This document shows, piece after piece, positions 40,001-49,889 of a DNA stretch of 64,000 nt (positions are counted from its first letter, which is position 1; each line of letters opens with the position of its first letter). The notes below the pieces were generated by a model that saw nothing but the letters and a program-made list of their open reading frames with translations, made no database searches and had not been told where the DNA came from. The stretch covers positions 2,144,001-2,208,000 of the forward strand of contig CBDCOH010000002.1 of assembly GCA_965219685.1 (NCBI GenBank), given 5' to 3'. A program made the position numbers and the translations under genes. The stretch comes from Candidatus Spongiisociaceae bacterium (GTDB lineage Bacteria > Actinomycetota > Acidimicrobiia > Spongiisociales > Spongiisociaceae).

Positions 40001-40182
40001 GATCGGGCGGTGGCCACCTCTGTCGCGGACAGCGGACATCAGCCGATGTCCATCGTTGGAGACGAGCTGCCGGGGCGATCAGGACGATTCGAGGTCCCAA
40101 GCCTGATGGTAAGAGTGCGAGAAGATGACGAGACGCTTCCAAGAACCCGCGCGGCGGGGATCGACCAGAGCGGGAGGGTGAC

Positions 40183-40713
40183 GTGCCGCCCTTGCGGGGA
40201 GACCTGATCCGCCTTCGCCTCGTACGCAGTGGCGACATCGATGATCTGCTCGATCTCCTCAACGACCTCGGCACGCGCGGTGCTCTGGGCCACTTTCTCA
40301 AGTCTGAGACCCACGTCCGGCACCGGTTCGAGCAGGACGGCTACTGGTCCGACAAGTCTGGAATGCTGCTCATGATCGATGCCGCCGCCGACATAGCAGG
40401 GTGGATATCGTTCACTCCCGTCGTCTTCTACTTCCACGGCTACGAAATCTCCTACCAGGTGTTCGGCGAGCGGCATTCCGGCAAGGGCTATGCAACCGAG
40501 GCTTTAGGTTTGCTCACCGATTATCTGTTCTCGACCAAGCTGATGCACCGGCTCCAACTCAGCATCAGGCCGGACAATCTCGCGTCGCGGCGGGTGGCGG
40601 AGAAGTGCGGTTATACGCAGGAGGGCGTGATGCGTTCGATCGCGTTCAGCCACGGCCGGTTTCACGACATGGAGCTATGGTCGATCACCCGCCAGATGCA
40701 CGAGGCGATGTGA
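40183..40713 (+). CDS. GNAT acetyltransferase, RimJ/RimL family
   Basis: GKGYATEAL and NLASRRVAEKCGY..EG motifs. Confidence 0.9.
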   Translation: MPPLRGDLIRLRLVRSGDIDDLLDLLNDLGTRGALGHFLKSETHVRHRFEQDGYWSDKSGMLLMIDAAADIAGWISFTPVVFYFHGYEISYQVFGERHSGKGYATEALGLLTDYLFSTKLMHRLQLSIRPDNLASRRVAEKCGYTQEGVMRSIAFSHGRFHDMELWSITRQMHEAM

Positions 40714-40965
40714 TGGCCCTCAAGCAAGTGGCGCGTACCCAGGCAGGATGAGTGCGGGAGATCGCCATCGCACCTAGATTCCACCATATGGAGATTATTC
40801 TCGAACGGTACCCTTTTCTGCTACCTTCACCCGCCATGCACGGCGACGGATCAGAGCCTTTGGGATCAGGTCAGGCACACAGGGCGGCGCGTCACCGCAG
40901 GTCCGTCACGCTCGCTTCCGGAACCGCCCACCCCACCGCCGGCCCGTAGCCGTAGGGGAGCAAGG

Positions 40966-43374
40966 GTGACCACCACAAGCACGCATCGCCACGTCGGAAA
41001 GCCGTATCTCGGCTTGACCAACCGGGAGCTTGCCGCCGGCAAGGGCCTGTTCGTCTCCGACATCGTACTGCCCGGCATGGCTCACCTGGCCATCCTCCGG
41101 AGTCCCCACGCGGCCGCTCGCATCGTCTCGATCGACACCTCGGCGGCCGAAGGACTCGACGGTGTCGTCTACGTGATGACCGGAGCCGAGGCGAAGACCG
41201 GGATGAGCCCCATACCCGAAGCCTGGAACACCAAGGAGATCGGCGCCAAGGGGGTCGACTGGTACGCCCTCGCGCCGGACCGGGTCCGCTACGTGGGCGA
41301 AGCGGTGGCTGCGGTCGTGGCGGAGTCCAAGAACACTGCTTTCGAAGCGGTCGGGCTGATCGATGTCACCTACGAAGTGCTACCTGCCGTGACCGACCCG
41401 AGAGCGGCCCTGGAACCCGATTCGACCCTGGTCGAACCCGACTGGGGAGACAACCTGCTGATAACCCGGGACTGGCGTACCGGCGACATGGAGGGCGCCT
41501 TCGAGCGGGCCGAGCGGATCATCGAGGGTGAGGTCCGCTCCGAGCGGATCACCGGCGTCTCCCTGGAACCACGGGGCTCGGTCGCCCAGTACGACGTCTA
41601 CCAGGACAAGCTGACGCTCTGGGAGTCGACCCAGAATCCCCACCCGCTCAGAACCTTCCTGGCGGAGACGCTCGGCATCCCCGAGCGGACTGTCCACGTC
41701 ATCCAACCGAACGTCGGGGGGGCCTTCGGGCTGAAGCAACCGCCATTCCAGGAGCAACCCCTCATTGCATACCTGGCGAAGAAGCTGGGCCGACCGATCA
41801 AATGGATCGAGGGACGGGACGAGAACTTCGCCACCACCGGTCACTCCCGCGACGTCAGATTCGACTACCGGGCCGCCTTCGACCGCGACGGCATCGTCAG
41901 CGGTCTCGACATCAGGGTCATCGCCGATGTCGGAGCCCCCACGGCTCTCCTGGGTTGGGGCCAGTCGTTCGTTACCGCCTACTGCCTGCCGACCGTGTAC
42001 CGAGTCCCGAACAACCGCATCCGGTTGTCGGTCGTGGTCACCAACAAGACACCCTGGAATGCCTACCGGGGTTTCGGGAAGGACTCCGCAACCTTCCTGA
42101 TGGAGCGGATCATCGACCGGGTGGCTCGCGAGACCGGTCTCGATCGTGCCACGGTCCGGTACAAGAACTTCATCCAACCCGACGAGTTCCCCTACTCGCA
42201 GCCGTCCGGAGCCATGCTGGACAGCGGCGACTACCCGGGATCCCTGGACAAGGTTCTGGAGATGATCGGCTGGGACGAGTTTCCCGAGGTGCAGCGCCGG
42301 GCCCGGGAGGAGGGCCGCTACATCGGCATCGGCCTCAGCCAGGAGTTGACCCCCGAGGGTTGCGCCATGCCGGGCGCGGTCCTGATCTCGGCGTACGACG
42401 GCGCGACGGTACGGGTCGCCCCGTCCGGTGACGTCACGGTCCTAACCGGCGTCACCTCACCCGGCTGCGGTAACGAGACGGCGATGGCCCAGATCGCCGC
42501 GGAATTCCTCGGCTGCGACATGGAACGCATCAAGGTGCTCCAAGGCGACACCGAGTCCTGTCCTTACGGCCTCGGCAACTTCAGTTCGAGAGCCACGATG
42601 TACGGCGGCTCGGCCGTGCAGGCCGCCGCAACAGAACTGCGGGAGAAGATGTTCCGCATCGCCGGCAAGATGCTGGAGGCGGCGCCGGAGGATCTCGACG
42701 CTGCCCATGGCAGGATCTTCGTGCTGGGAGCGGAGAAACGTAGCGTCCGCTTCGACGATGTCGCCAACCAGGTCTACCGGCACACGTTCGGGGAGTACGC
42801 GGATGAGGAGGAGCCAGGACTCGAGTCGACCCGCTACTTCCGGATGGGGAACGTCTATCACCAGCCCGAGAAGCAGGGACGGTTCAGCAACTACCCGGCC
42901 TGGCCGAGCGGTACCGCGGCATGCGTCGTCGAGGTCGATCCGGACACAGGGGGCGTCAAGGTGCTGCGCTTCTGCCTCGTCGACGACGCCGGCACCGTCA
43001 TCAACCCGTTGCTCGTGACCGCCAACCTGCACGGATCCGTGGCCCAGGGCATCGGTGGGACGATGTTCGAGCAATTGGCGTACGACTCGAACGGCCAGTT
43101 GCTGACCGCAACGCTGATGGACTACACGATCCCGACGGCCGTCGAACTCCCGCGCTTCGAGATCGAACACCAGCAGACACCCTCGCCCTTCACACCGTTG
43201 GGCATGAAGGGAGTCGGGGAATCCGGCGTCGGTGTGTGCCTGAACGCTCTGTGCAGCGCCATCGAGGACTCCCTGCCCGAACTGGACCTGGAGATCAACG
43301 AGTTGATCCTGTCTCCCAGCCGGGTATGGCATGCCATCAACGAAGCGCGGCAACGGCAGGGGGTGACCCTTTGA
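40966..43374 (+). CDS. Xanthine dehydrogenase-family large subunit #2
   Basis: STQNPH, GGAFGLK, AYRGFG and KGVGE motifs. Confidence 0.93.
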   Translation: MTTTSTHRHVGKPYLGLTNRELAAGKGLFVSDIVLPGMAHLAILRSPHAAARIVSIDTSAAEGLDGVVYVMTGAEAKTGMSPIPEAWNTKEIGAKGVDWYALAPDRVRYVGEAVAAVVAESKNTAFEAVGLIDVTYEVLPAVTDPRAALEPDSTLVEPDWGDNLLITRDWRTGDMEGAFERAERIIEGEVRSERITGVSLEPRGSVAQYDVYQDKLTLWESTQNPHPLRTFLAETLGIPERTVHVIQPNVGGAFGLKQPPFQEQPLIAYLAKKLGRPIKWIEGRDENFATTGHSRDVRFDYRAAFDRDGIVSGLDIRVIADVGAPTALLGWGQSFVTAYCLPTVYRVPNNRIRLSVVVTNKTPWNAYRGFGKDSATFLMERIIDRVARETGLDRATVRYKNFIQPDEFPYSQPSGAMLDSGDYPGSLDKVLEMIGWDEFPEVQRRAREEGRYIGIGLSQELTPEGCAMPGAVLISAYDGATVRVAPSGDVTVLTGVTSPGCGNETAMAQIAAEFLGCDMERIKVLQGDTESCPYGLGNFSSRATMYGGSAVQAAATELREKMFRIAGKMLEAAPEDLDAAHGRIFVLGAEKRSVRFDDVANQVYRHTFGEYADEEEPGLESTRYFRMGNVYHQPEKQGRFSNYPAWPSGTAACVVEVDPDTGGVKVLRFCLVDDAGTVINPLLVTANLHGSVAQGIGGTMFEQLAYDSNGQLLTATLMDYTIPTAVELPRFEIEHQQTPSPFTPLGMKGVGESGVGVCLNALCSAIEDSLPELDLEINELILSPSRVWHAINEARQRQGVTL

Positions 43375-44216
43375 TAACACGTGAGCTGGAACTCCTCCGG
43401 CCGACCACCACTGCGGAGGCGGTGGAGTTGCTCGCCGAGCGAGGAGATGACATCACGGTCCTCGCCGGAGGGATGAGCCTGCTTCCGATGATGAACCTGG
43501 GCATCGTCCAGCCTGATGTCGTCATGTCCCTCAACCACGTGACGGATCTCGCCGGGGTGACCTACGGGGACAGACTCCGGATCGGCGCCATGGTCAGCCA
43601 CAAGGAGGTCGAGACCAACCCGCTTGTCTCCACCCATGCACCGATGCTCGCCGAAGCGGCGGCGAAGATCGGGGACGTGCAGGTGAGGAACAGGGGCACC
43701 ATCGCCGGTAGCATCTGCCATGCCGATCCCGCCGGCGACTACTCCCCCGTGATCGTGGTGGCGGGGGCCGAGATGGAGTTGGCCAGCCTGGGCGGGACCC
43801 GACGGCTGCCCGCGCACGAGTTCCTTATCGATCTGATGTTCACGGCCAGGGAACCAGACGAACTGGTGACCGCAGTCCTCGTTCCGAGCCAGCCAGACGG
43901 GGCGGGTTCGGCATACGTGCGCTTCGCCCGTGTCGAGGGCAGCTTCGCCATCGTCAACGCCGCGGCGCTGATCGAGCCCGGATTCGCCTCGACCAGAGTG
44001 GCCATCGGAGGGGTAGGGCCCATCCCGGTGGTGGTCGACGCGTCGGACGCCTTCGCCGACGGCCCCGGACCCGCCGCATTCGAGGAGTTGAACGCGAGGG
44101 CCTACGACGCTGCCGTCTATGCATCGTCCGACATCCACTCGGATGCCGAGTACCGGCGCCATATGGCAGGCGTCTTTGCACGGCGCGCCGTGCAGCAGGC
44201 AATCGCGACCATGTGA
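43371..44216 (+). CDS. Molybdoenzyme FAD medium subunit #2
   Basis: AGGMSL and QVRNRGTIAGSICHADP motifs. TTG start overlaps the stop of the large subunit. Confidence 0.92.
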   Translation: MITRELELLRPTTTAEAVELLAERGDDITVLAGGMSLLPMMNLGIVQPDVVMSLNHVTDLAGVTYGDRLRIGAMVSHKEVETNPLVSTHAPMLAEAAAKIGDVQVRNRGTIAGSICHADPAGDYSPVIVVAGAEMELASLGGTRRLPAHEFLIDLMFTAREPDELVTAVLVPSQPDGAGSAYVRFARVEGSFAIVNAAALIEPGFASTRVAIGGVGPIPVVVDASDAFADGPGPAAFEELNARAYDAAVYASSDIHSDAEYRRHMAGVFARRAVQQAIATM

Positions 44217-44232
44217 TCGAGGTGATCGTGTC

Positions 44233-44721
44233 ATGAAGTACCAGGTCAACCTGACGGTCAACGGTAAGGGCAGAACCGTCGAAGTCGACACGCGGACGAT
44301 CCTCGTCGACATGCTCCGTGACGAACTCCGGCTTACAGGCGCCCATGTCGGCTGCGCGACCGGCAACTGTGGGGCATGCACCGTGCTGCTCAACGGCGAG
44401 ACCGTCAAGTCCTGCTGCGTTCTGGCCGCCGATGCCGAGGGCCAGGACGTTCGGACGATCGAGTCATTGAGCACCGGCCCGGACGACCTGCATCCCATCC
44501 AGGAAGCCTTCATCGACAACCAGGGATTGCAGTGCGGCTTCTGCACCCCGGGGATGATCCTGTCGACCCTGGCCCTGCTGGAGGAGAATCCCGATCCGAC
44601 CGAGGCGGAGATCCGCCACGGGATAGCCGGCAACCTCTGCCGCTGCACCGGGTACCACTTCATCGTGGACTCGATCGAAGACGCCGCCGCCCGCCTGCGT
44701 ACAGGTTCAGAGGCTTCGTGA
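44233..44721 (+). CDS. Molybdoenzyme 2Fe-2S small subunit #2
   Basis: GCATGNCGAC, QCGFCTPG and NLCRCTGY motifs. Confidence 0.95.
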   Translation: MKYQVNLTVNGKGRTVEVDTRTILVDMLRDELRLTGAHVGCATGNCGACTVLLNGETVKSCCVLAADAEGQDVRTIESLSTGPDDLHPIQEAFIDNQGLQCGFCTPGMILSTLALLEENPDPTEAEIRHGIAGNLCRCTGYHFIVDSIEDAAARLRTGSEAS

Positions 44722-44780
44722 TCGTGGGCCGCATCTGGGATGATGGCCGAGGCACTTAGAGCAGACCGCAACAATCCGGG

Positions 44781-46037
44781 GTGAACGTGACAAAGTACTG
44801 GCATCCATTTGCAGACATGCGGGCGATAACCCGAGGCCAGGAACTCGTTATCGACCGAGCCGACGGCTACTACGTGTTCGACGCGGAGGGCCGCCGCTAC
44901 CTCGACGCCACCGCGAGCCTCTGGTATTGCAACGTCGGCCACGGACGTACCGAGATCGCGGAAGCAGCGTTCGAGCAGATGCAGAGACTCGAGGCCTACT
45001 CGACCTTCGGGGACTTCACCAACCCGCCCGTCATGGAATTGACGGACCGGCTCGCCGAGATAGCCCCGGTCCCTGACAGCGTGTCGTTTCTGACCAGCGG
45101 GGGCTCGGATTCCATCGACACCGCCATTAAGCTCGCCCGCCTCTATCACAAGGTCAAGGGGGAACCACAGCGCACCTACGTGTTGAGCAGGTTCCGCGCC
45201 TACCACGGGATGCACACCGGCGGCACCAGCATGGCCGGAATCGCGCCCAACCTCGATGGATACGGAGCGCTCCTGTCCGACACGCGTGTGGTCGGCTGGG
45301 ACTCGCACGACGAATTGATCGAAGCCATGGAGGACCTCGGTCCGGAGAACATCGCCGCGTTCGTCTGCGAACCGGTGATCGGGGCGGGCGGCGTGCTGGC
45401 CCCACCTCCCGGTTACCTGGAGAAGGTGCGCGGCATCTGCCGCGACTCCGGAATCCTCTTCATCTCGGATGAGGTGATCACCGGTTTCGGGCGCACCGGG
45501 ATGTGGTTCGCTAGCGAGCGGTGGAACCTGGCCCCGGACCTCATGACCTGCGCCAAGGGAATAACCTCCGGCTACCTCCCGCTCGGTGCGGTGATAGTCG
45601 CTCCGTGGATCGCGGAACCGTGGTTCGAGGGGGGCGCCGGGATGTGGCGCCACGGCTACACATACTCAGGGCACGCCACCGTCGCCGCGGCGGCGAACGC
45701 CAACCTCGACATCATCGAACGGGAGGGCCTGGTGCGGTCGGCCGCGGTTCTGGAGGCCAAGCTGGCGAAGGGGCTCAGCCCTCTGGCGGACCACCACTTG
45801 GTCAGCGAGGTGAGAGCCGGGGTGGGTGCCATGGCCGCCGTGCAGCTGTCCCTGGACGCGGTGGACGAAGACCCGGGGCTACCCGACAGGCTGATGGGCG
45901 CGCTCCGTGAGCACGGCATCCTCACGCGAATCCTGTTCGGCCACGCCGTGCAGGTGTCGCCCCCCTTCACTCTCGACGACAGCGGCGTGGGAGAACTAGC
46001 CGACGGGATCCGCGGCGCTCTGGACGCTGTGGCTTGA
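44781..46037 (+). CDS. Class III PLP aminotransferase (omega-amino acid/beta-alanine:pyruvate type)
   Basis: DEVITGFGRTG, PDLMTCAKGITSGY and HGYTYSGH motifs. Confidence 0.93.
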   Translation: MNVTKYWHPFADMRAITRGQELVIDRADGYYVFDAEGRRYLDATASLWYCNVGHGRTEIAEAAFEQMQRLEAYSTFGDFTNPPVMELTDRLAEIAPVPDSVSFLTSGGSDSIDTAIKLARLYHKVKGEPQRTYVLSRFRAYHGMHTGGTSMAGIAPNLDGYGALLSDTRVVGWDSHDELIEAMEDLGPENIAAFVCEPVIGAGGVLAPPPGYLEKVRGICRDSGILFISDEVITGFGRTGMWFASERWNLAPDLMTCAKGITSGYLPLGAVIVAPWIAEPWFEGGAGMWRHGYTYSGHATVAAAANANLDIIEREGLVRSAAVLEAKLAKGLSPLADHHLVSEVRAGVGAMAAVQLSLDAVDEDPGLPDRLMGALREHGILTRILFGHAVQVSPPFTLDDSGVGELADGIRGALDAVA

Positions 46038-46152
46038 GGCGTGTTCGCGGTTTGCTCCGCGCGTCCGATGGCGGTCTGCCTAGCTCTCCCCGTCAGGCGC
46101 GATAATGGTTCTCAAACCCAAGTAGACGAACAGAACAGGAGATGACCACTCA

Positions 46153-47559
46153 ATGAGCAAGTTCGATCTGGTAATCCACGGCGGGACACTCGTATTCACC
46201 GACGAGGCAATACCGGGTGACATAGGCGTCAGGGACGGGAAGATAGCGGCCATCTCCGCCCCTGGCATGCTCGTCAACGGCACCCGGACCATCGACGCGA
46301 CCGACCTACATGTGTTCCCGGGCGCGATAGACCCGCACGTCCATCTGCAGACATTCCAAAGCCCCTTCGACGTCAACGTGAAGACCGAAACCAGGAACGC
46401 CGCCATCGGCGGATGCACGACCATGGTTCCCACGCTCCTCAACCGTGAGGACGCCTCGGTCTCGTTCCTCGACTATTACCCGTGGGCTCTGGAAGCCGTG
46501 CAGCGTGATTCGGTGATCGATGCCGGATTCAGCGCGGTGATCGGCACCGACCAGCAGATCGAGGAACTACCGGCGATGGCGTACGACTGCGGCATAACCT
46601 CGTACAAGTTCTACATGGCCTACACCCAGGACGAGGCCTCCGTGTTCGGGATCCTGGCGGTCGACGACGCCCAGTTCCTCGCCGGCCTCCGCCAGGTAGC
46701 CGCCATCGGCAAGCCCGCTATCGCCATGGTCCACGCCGAGAACATGTCCATCATCCACAACCTGAAGGCCAAGTACATCGCCGCAGGCCGGGACGACCTC
46801 AAGGCATGGACCGACGCGCGGCCCGACATCGCCGAGGAGGAAGCCACCCGCCGGGCGATCTGGTACACGAAGGAGACCAACTCGCAGCTCTACATCGTCC
46901 ACATGACCATCGGCCGCGGGGTCGACTGGGTCCGCCAGGCCAAGGCGGACGGCGTGGACGTGATAGCCGAGACCTGCCCTCACTACCTGGTGCTCACCAA
47001 GTACGACAACGACAAGGTCGGCAGCCTCGCCAAGGTGAACCCTCCGCTGCGCGACGCCGAGAGCCAGGAGCTGCTCTGGGAGGGTCTCCGTGACGGCACC
47101 GTGACCTGCGTCGGTTCGGACCACTCCACGGTGGTGGCCAAGCCCGACAAGGTAAAGGAGAGCATCTGGGATGCGGTTCCGGGATTCCCCGGGATGGGCA
47201 TGCTGCTGCCGATCATGCTGAGCGAGGGTTACCACAAGGGCCGTATATCGCTGCCGGGTGTCTCCCGGATCCTGGGGCTCCAGAACGCCGAGGTATGGGG
47301 GCTGTATCCGAAGAAGGGTGTGCTGCGGGTCGGTTCGGACGCCGACTTCGCCATCGTCGACCTGGACCGGGAACGGGTGGTGACGCCCGAGTACATGCAG
47401 TCGGCGGCCGACTGGGGCCTGTACGACGGCTGGAACGTCAAGGGGTGGCCGACCCAGACCATCGTGAGAGGAACCGTGGTCATGGACTCCGGCGAGATCG
47501 TCGGCGACCCGTCCTTCGGCCAGTACATTCCGAGGTATCCGTACGACAAGGCGAGCTAG
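46153..47559 (+). CDS. Cyclic amidohydrolase (dihydropyrimidinase/hydantoinase/allantoinase family)
   Basis: DPHVH, SYKFYMAY, HAEN, VH, ETCPHYL, KVNPPLR and SDH motifs. Confidence 0.92.
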   Translation: MSKFDLVIHGGTLVFTDEAIPGDIGVRDGKIAAISAPGMLVNGTRTIDATDLHVFPGAIDPHVHLQTFQSPFDVNVKTETRNAAIGGCTTMVPTLLNREDASVSFLDYYPWALEAVQRDSVIDAGFSAVIGTDQQIEELPAMAYDCGITSYKFYMAYTQDEASVFGILAVDDAQFLAGLRQVAAIGKPAIAMVHAENMSIIHNLKAKYIAAGRDDLKAWTDARPDIAEEEATRRAIWYTKETNSQLYIVHMTIGRGVDWVRQAKADGVDVIAETCPHYLVLTKYDNDKVGSLAKVNPPLRDAESQELLWEGLRDGTVTCVGSDHSTVVAKPDKVKESIWDAVPGFPGMGMLLPIMLSEGYHKGRISLPGVSRILGLQNAEVWGLYPKKGVLRVGSDADFAIVDLDRERVVTPEYMQSAADWGLYDGWNVKGWPTQTIVRGTVVMDSGEIVGDPSFGQYIPRYPYDKAS

Positions 47560-47622
47560 CGGCCGGGGGAGCCGGCTGAGACCGCTACCACCGAACCGGA
47601 AGTCCCGACTGAAGATCGAGCG

Positions 47623-48534
47623 ATGAACGCACCAGCCAATCCCGGGAATCGTTCCTGGCCGGTACACCGCTGGTTCGCCGACGTCCCCGCTGTGCAGGAG
47701 CGGTTGGCCGGTTGCGACTACCTGGCCGATCGAGGGTTGGCCACCGCGATATTCCTCGCTACGTCGCTGAACCTGCCCCTGCTGCTCGAGGGGGAGGTGG
47801 GGGTGGGCAAGACCGAGGTGGCCAAGGCGGTCGCCCAGGCGCTCGGCCGCCGGGTCGTGCGGCTCCAGTGTTACGAAGGCATCGACTCGACCCAGGCGCT
47901 GTACGAGTGGGACTACCCCCGCCAACTTCTCTACCTTCGAGCGGTCGGGGACGCGAGAACTGACAAGGAGGGCGTGGTCGAAGATCTCTACGGGCCCCGC
48001 TTCCTGAAAGAGCGTCCCCTGCTCGAAGCCATCCGGGCCGGTTCGGGAGTGGTGCTCTTGATCGACGAGATCGACCGGGCCGACGACGAGTTCGAGGCTT
48101 TCCTGCTCGAGGTCCTGGCCGACTTCCAGGTCTCCATCCCGGAGATAGGGCCGGTAACAGCTGTCGATCCGCCGTTCGTCGTCCTGACCTCCAACCGGAC
48201 CCGTGAGTTGCATGACGCGCTGAAGCGACGCTGCCTGTACCACTGGATCGACTACCCCGGCCCGGATCGAGAGGTGGCCATCGTGCGGGCCCGGGTCCCG
48301 GAGGTCCCCGAGGACTTGGCCCGACGGATCGTCGAGGCGGTCCACCGATTCCGTCGGCTCGACCTGATCAAGCGGCCTGGAGTCGCCGAGACCATCAACT
48401 GGGCACTCACGCTGGACCTGCTCGATGTCGATGATCTCGAGACCGAGATTGTGACTCCGACCCTCGGTGCCCTGCTGAAGGAACGAGAGGACATCGACCG
48501 CGTCACCCCTCAACTCGACGCAGTGCTGGCTTGA
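47623..48534 (+). CDS. coxD: MoxR-type AAA+ ATPase, CoxD-like
   Basis: GEVGVGKT, RLQCYEG, YEWDY, IDEIDRAD and HDALKRRC motifs. Confidence 0.88.
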   Translation: MNAPANPGNRSWPVHRWFADVPAVQERLAGCDYLADRGLATAIFLATSLNLPLLLEGEVGVGKTEVAKAVAQALGRRVVRLQCYEGIDSTQALYEWDYPRQLLYLRAVGDARTDKEGVVEDLYGPRFLKERPLLEAIRAGSGVVLLIDEIDRADDEFEAFLLEVLADFQVSIPEIGPVTAVDPPFVVLTSNRTRELHDALKRRCLYHWIDYPGPDREVAIVRARVPEVPEDLARRIVEAVHRFRRLDLIKRPGVAETINWALTLDLLDVDDLETEIVTPTLGALLKEREDIDRVTPQLDAVLA

Positions 48535-49751
48535 TCGGCCCTGGTGACGATCCGGCGAGCGTACTGGTGTCGTTCGGCAATGCCCTGCGTGAGCAGGGCG
48601 TCAAGGTGAGCCCCGCCGAGATCGTCACGCTCGGCCATGCATTCTCGCTCCTCGGAACCGACGATCTCGAAGATGTCTACTGGTCGGGGAGAACCTGTCT
48701 GGTGTCGGCGTACGTCGACATCCCGGCATATGACGCGGCGTTCGCTTCGTTCTTCCTCGGCTCGGACCCGGACATGTCGCTCGAAGTCGGCGAGGATCCG
48801 GAAGACGAGGTGACCGATGCGGGAGCCGCCGGGGCGGGGGACGAGCGGGACTCGTTTCTCGACAGCCCCTCGGTCGAGGACGGTGACGGCGGATCCGAGG
48901 AGCCGGAGGCTGACCCCGACCCGGGAGCCGTGGCCTCGCTCTTCGAGATACTCCGGCACCGGTCCTTCTCCGAGTGGACCGACGAAGAGAAGACCAACCT
49001 GGCCACGCTCGTGGGCCGGATCGAGATTCGGGTACCGCGCCGATGCACGCGGCGACTCCGGCCGGCGACGGTGGGCCACAGCCTGGATCTGCGCAGGACC
49101 GTCCGCCGAGCGCTGCAAACGGAAGGAGAGGTCCTCCGGAGATCATGGCGGCGGCGCGTACACACACCACGGCGTCTGCTCCTCCTGGTGGATGTCTCGG
49201 GGTCGATGTCGACCCAGTCCAGAGCAATGCTGCACCTGGGCTACGGGCTCGCGACGAGCACGCTCGACACCGAGGTGTTCTGCTTCGGGACCAGGCTCAC
49301 CCGCACCACGGACCTGCTCAAGGGACGTGACCCCGACCTCGCGGTGCAGCGCGCATCGGCCGGGGTCGTCGACTGGGCCGGGGGAACCAGGATCGGCGAG
49401 TCGATGGCAAGCCTGCTCCGGGATCCGGTCGCGCTGCGCCATGTGCGGGGAGCGCTCGTTCTGGTCGCTTCGGACGGACTCGAAACGGGCGACCCCGAGT
49501 TGATGGCCGACCAGGTTGCCCGCCTGTCCCGGCTGGCCTACAGGGTCGTGTGGATGAGCCCGCTCAAGTCCGATCCGTCCTACCGGCCGCTGACCCGAGG
49601 CATGAGGTTGGCGTTCCCCCATCTCGACCATCTGGTGGGTGCGGACACGCTCGGCGATCTGGAAGCAGTGGCGAAACTCCTTCCCAGGCTCGTCTCCGGC
49701 ACCCGCTCTCTGCCGCGGCAACCAAGAGCCGGCTACCGGGCGAGACCGTAG
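48531..49751 (+). CDS. coxE: VWA-domain protein, CoxE-like
   Basis: DVSGSM MIDAS, FGTRLT, DWAGGTRIG and SDG motifs. Confidence 0.87.
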   Translation: MIGPGDDPASVLVSFGNALREQGVKVSPAEIVTLGHAFSLLGTDDLEDVYWSGRTCLVSAYVDIPAYDAAFASFFLGSDPDMSLEVGEDPEDEVTDAGAAGAGDERDSFLDSPSVEDGDGGSEEPEADPDPGAVASLFEILRHRSFSEWTDEEKTNLATLVGRIEIRVPRRCTRRLRPATVGHSLDLRRTVRRALQTEGEVLRRSWRRRVHTPRRLLLLVDVSGSMSTQSRAMLHLGYGLATSTLDTEVFCFGTRLTRTTDLLKGRDPDLAVQRASAGVVDWAGGTRIGESMASLLRDPVALRHVRGALVLVASDGLETGDPELMADQVARLSRLAYRVVWMSPLKSDPSYRPLTRGMRLAFPHLDHLVGADTLGDLEAVAKLLPRLVSGTRSLPRQPRAGYRARP

Positions 49752-49889
49752 GTCACCTCCACCAGCCGGCGGTGGTCGTGGACCCTCCCTTACATCTCCC
49801 GGATAGGCTCCGGTACATCGTCCCTTACCGCGGCCCACCGGGGGAGGGGACGGTGACACGGCGCCGGCAGCGACCACAGGAGTCCACGG

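Noticed and set aside
43122-48513. Long antisense ORFs (843 aa and 648 aa) and many similar overlapping ORFs
   Set aside because: These are shadow frames of well-supported genes in high-GC DNA and carry no recognisable motifs.
40966-49751. Aerobic CO dehydrogenase (cox) operon
   Set aside because: The large subunits have A(Y/F)RGFG rather than the VAYRCSFR Cu-binding loop. CoxD/E-like genes also accompany other Mo-enzymes.
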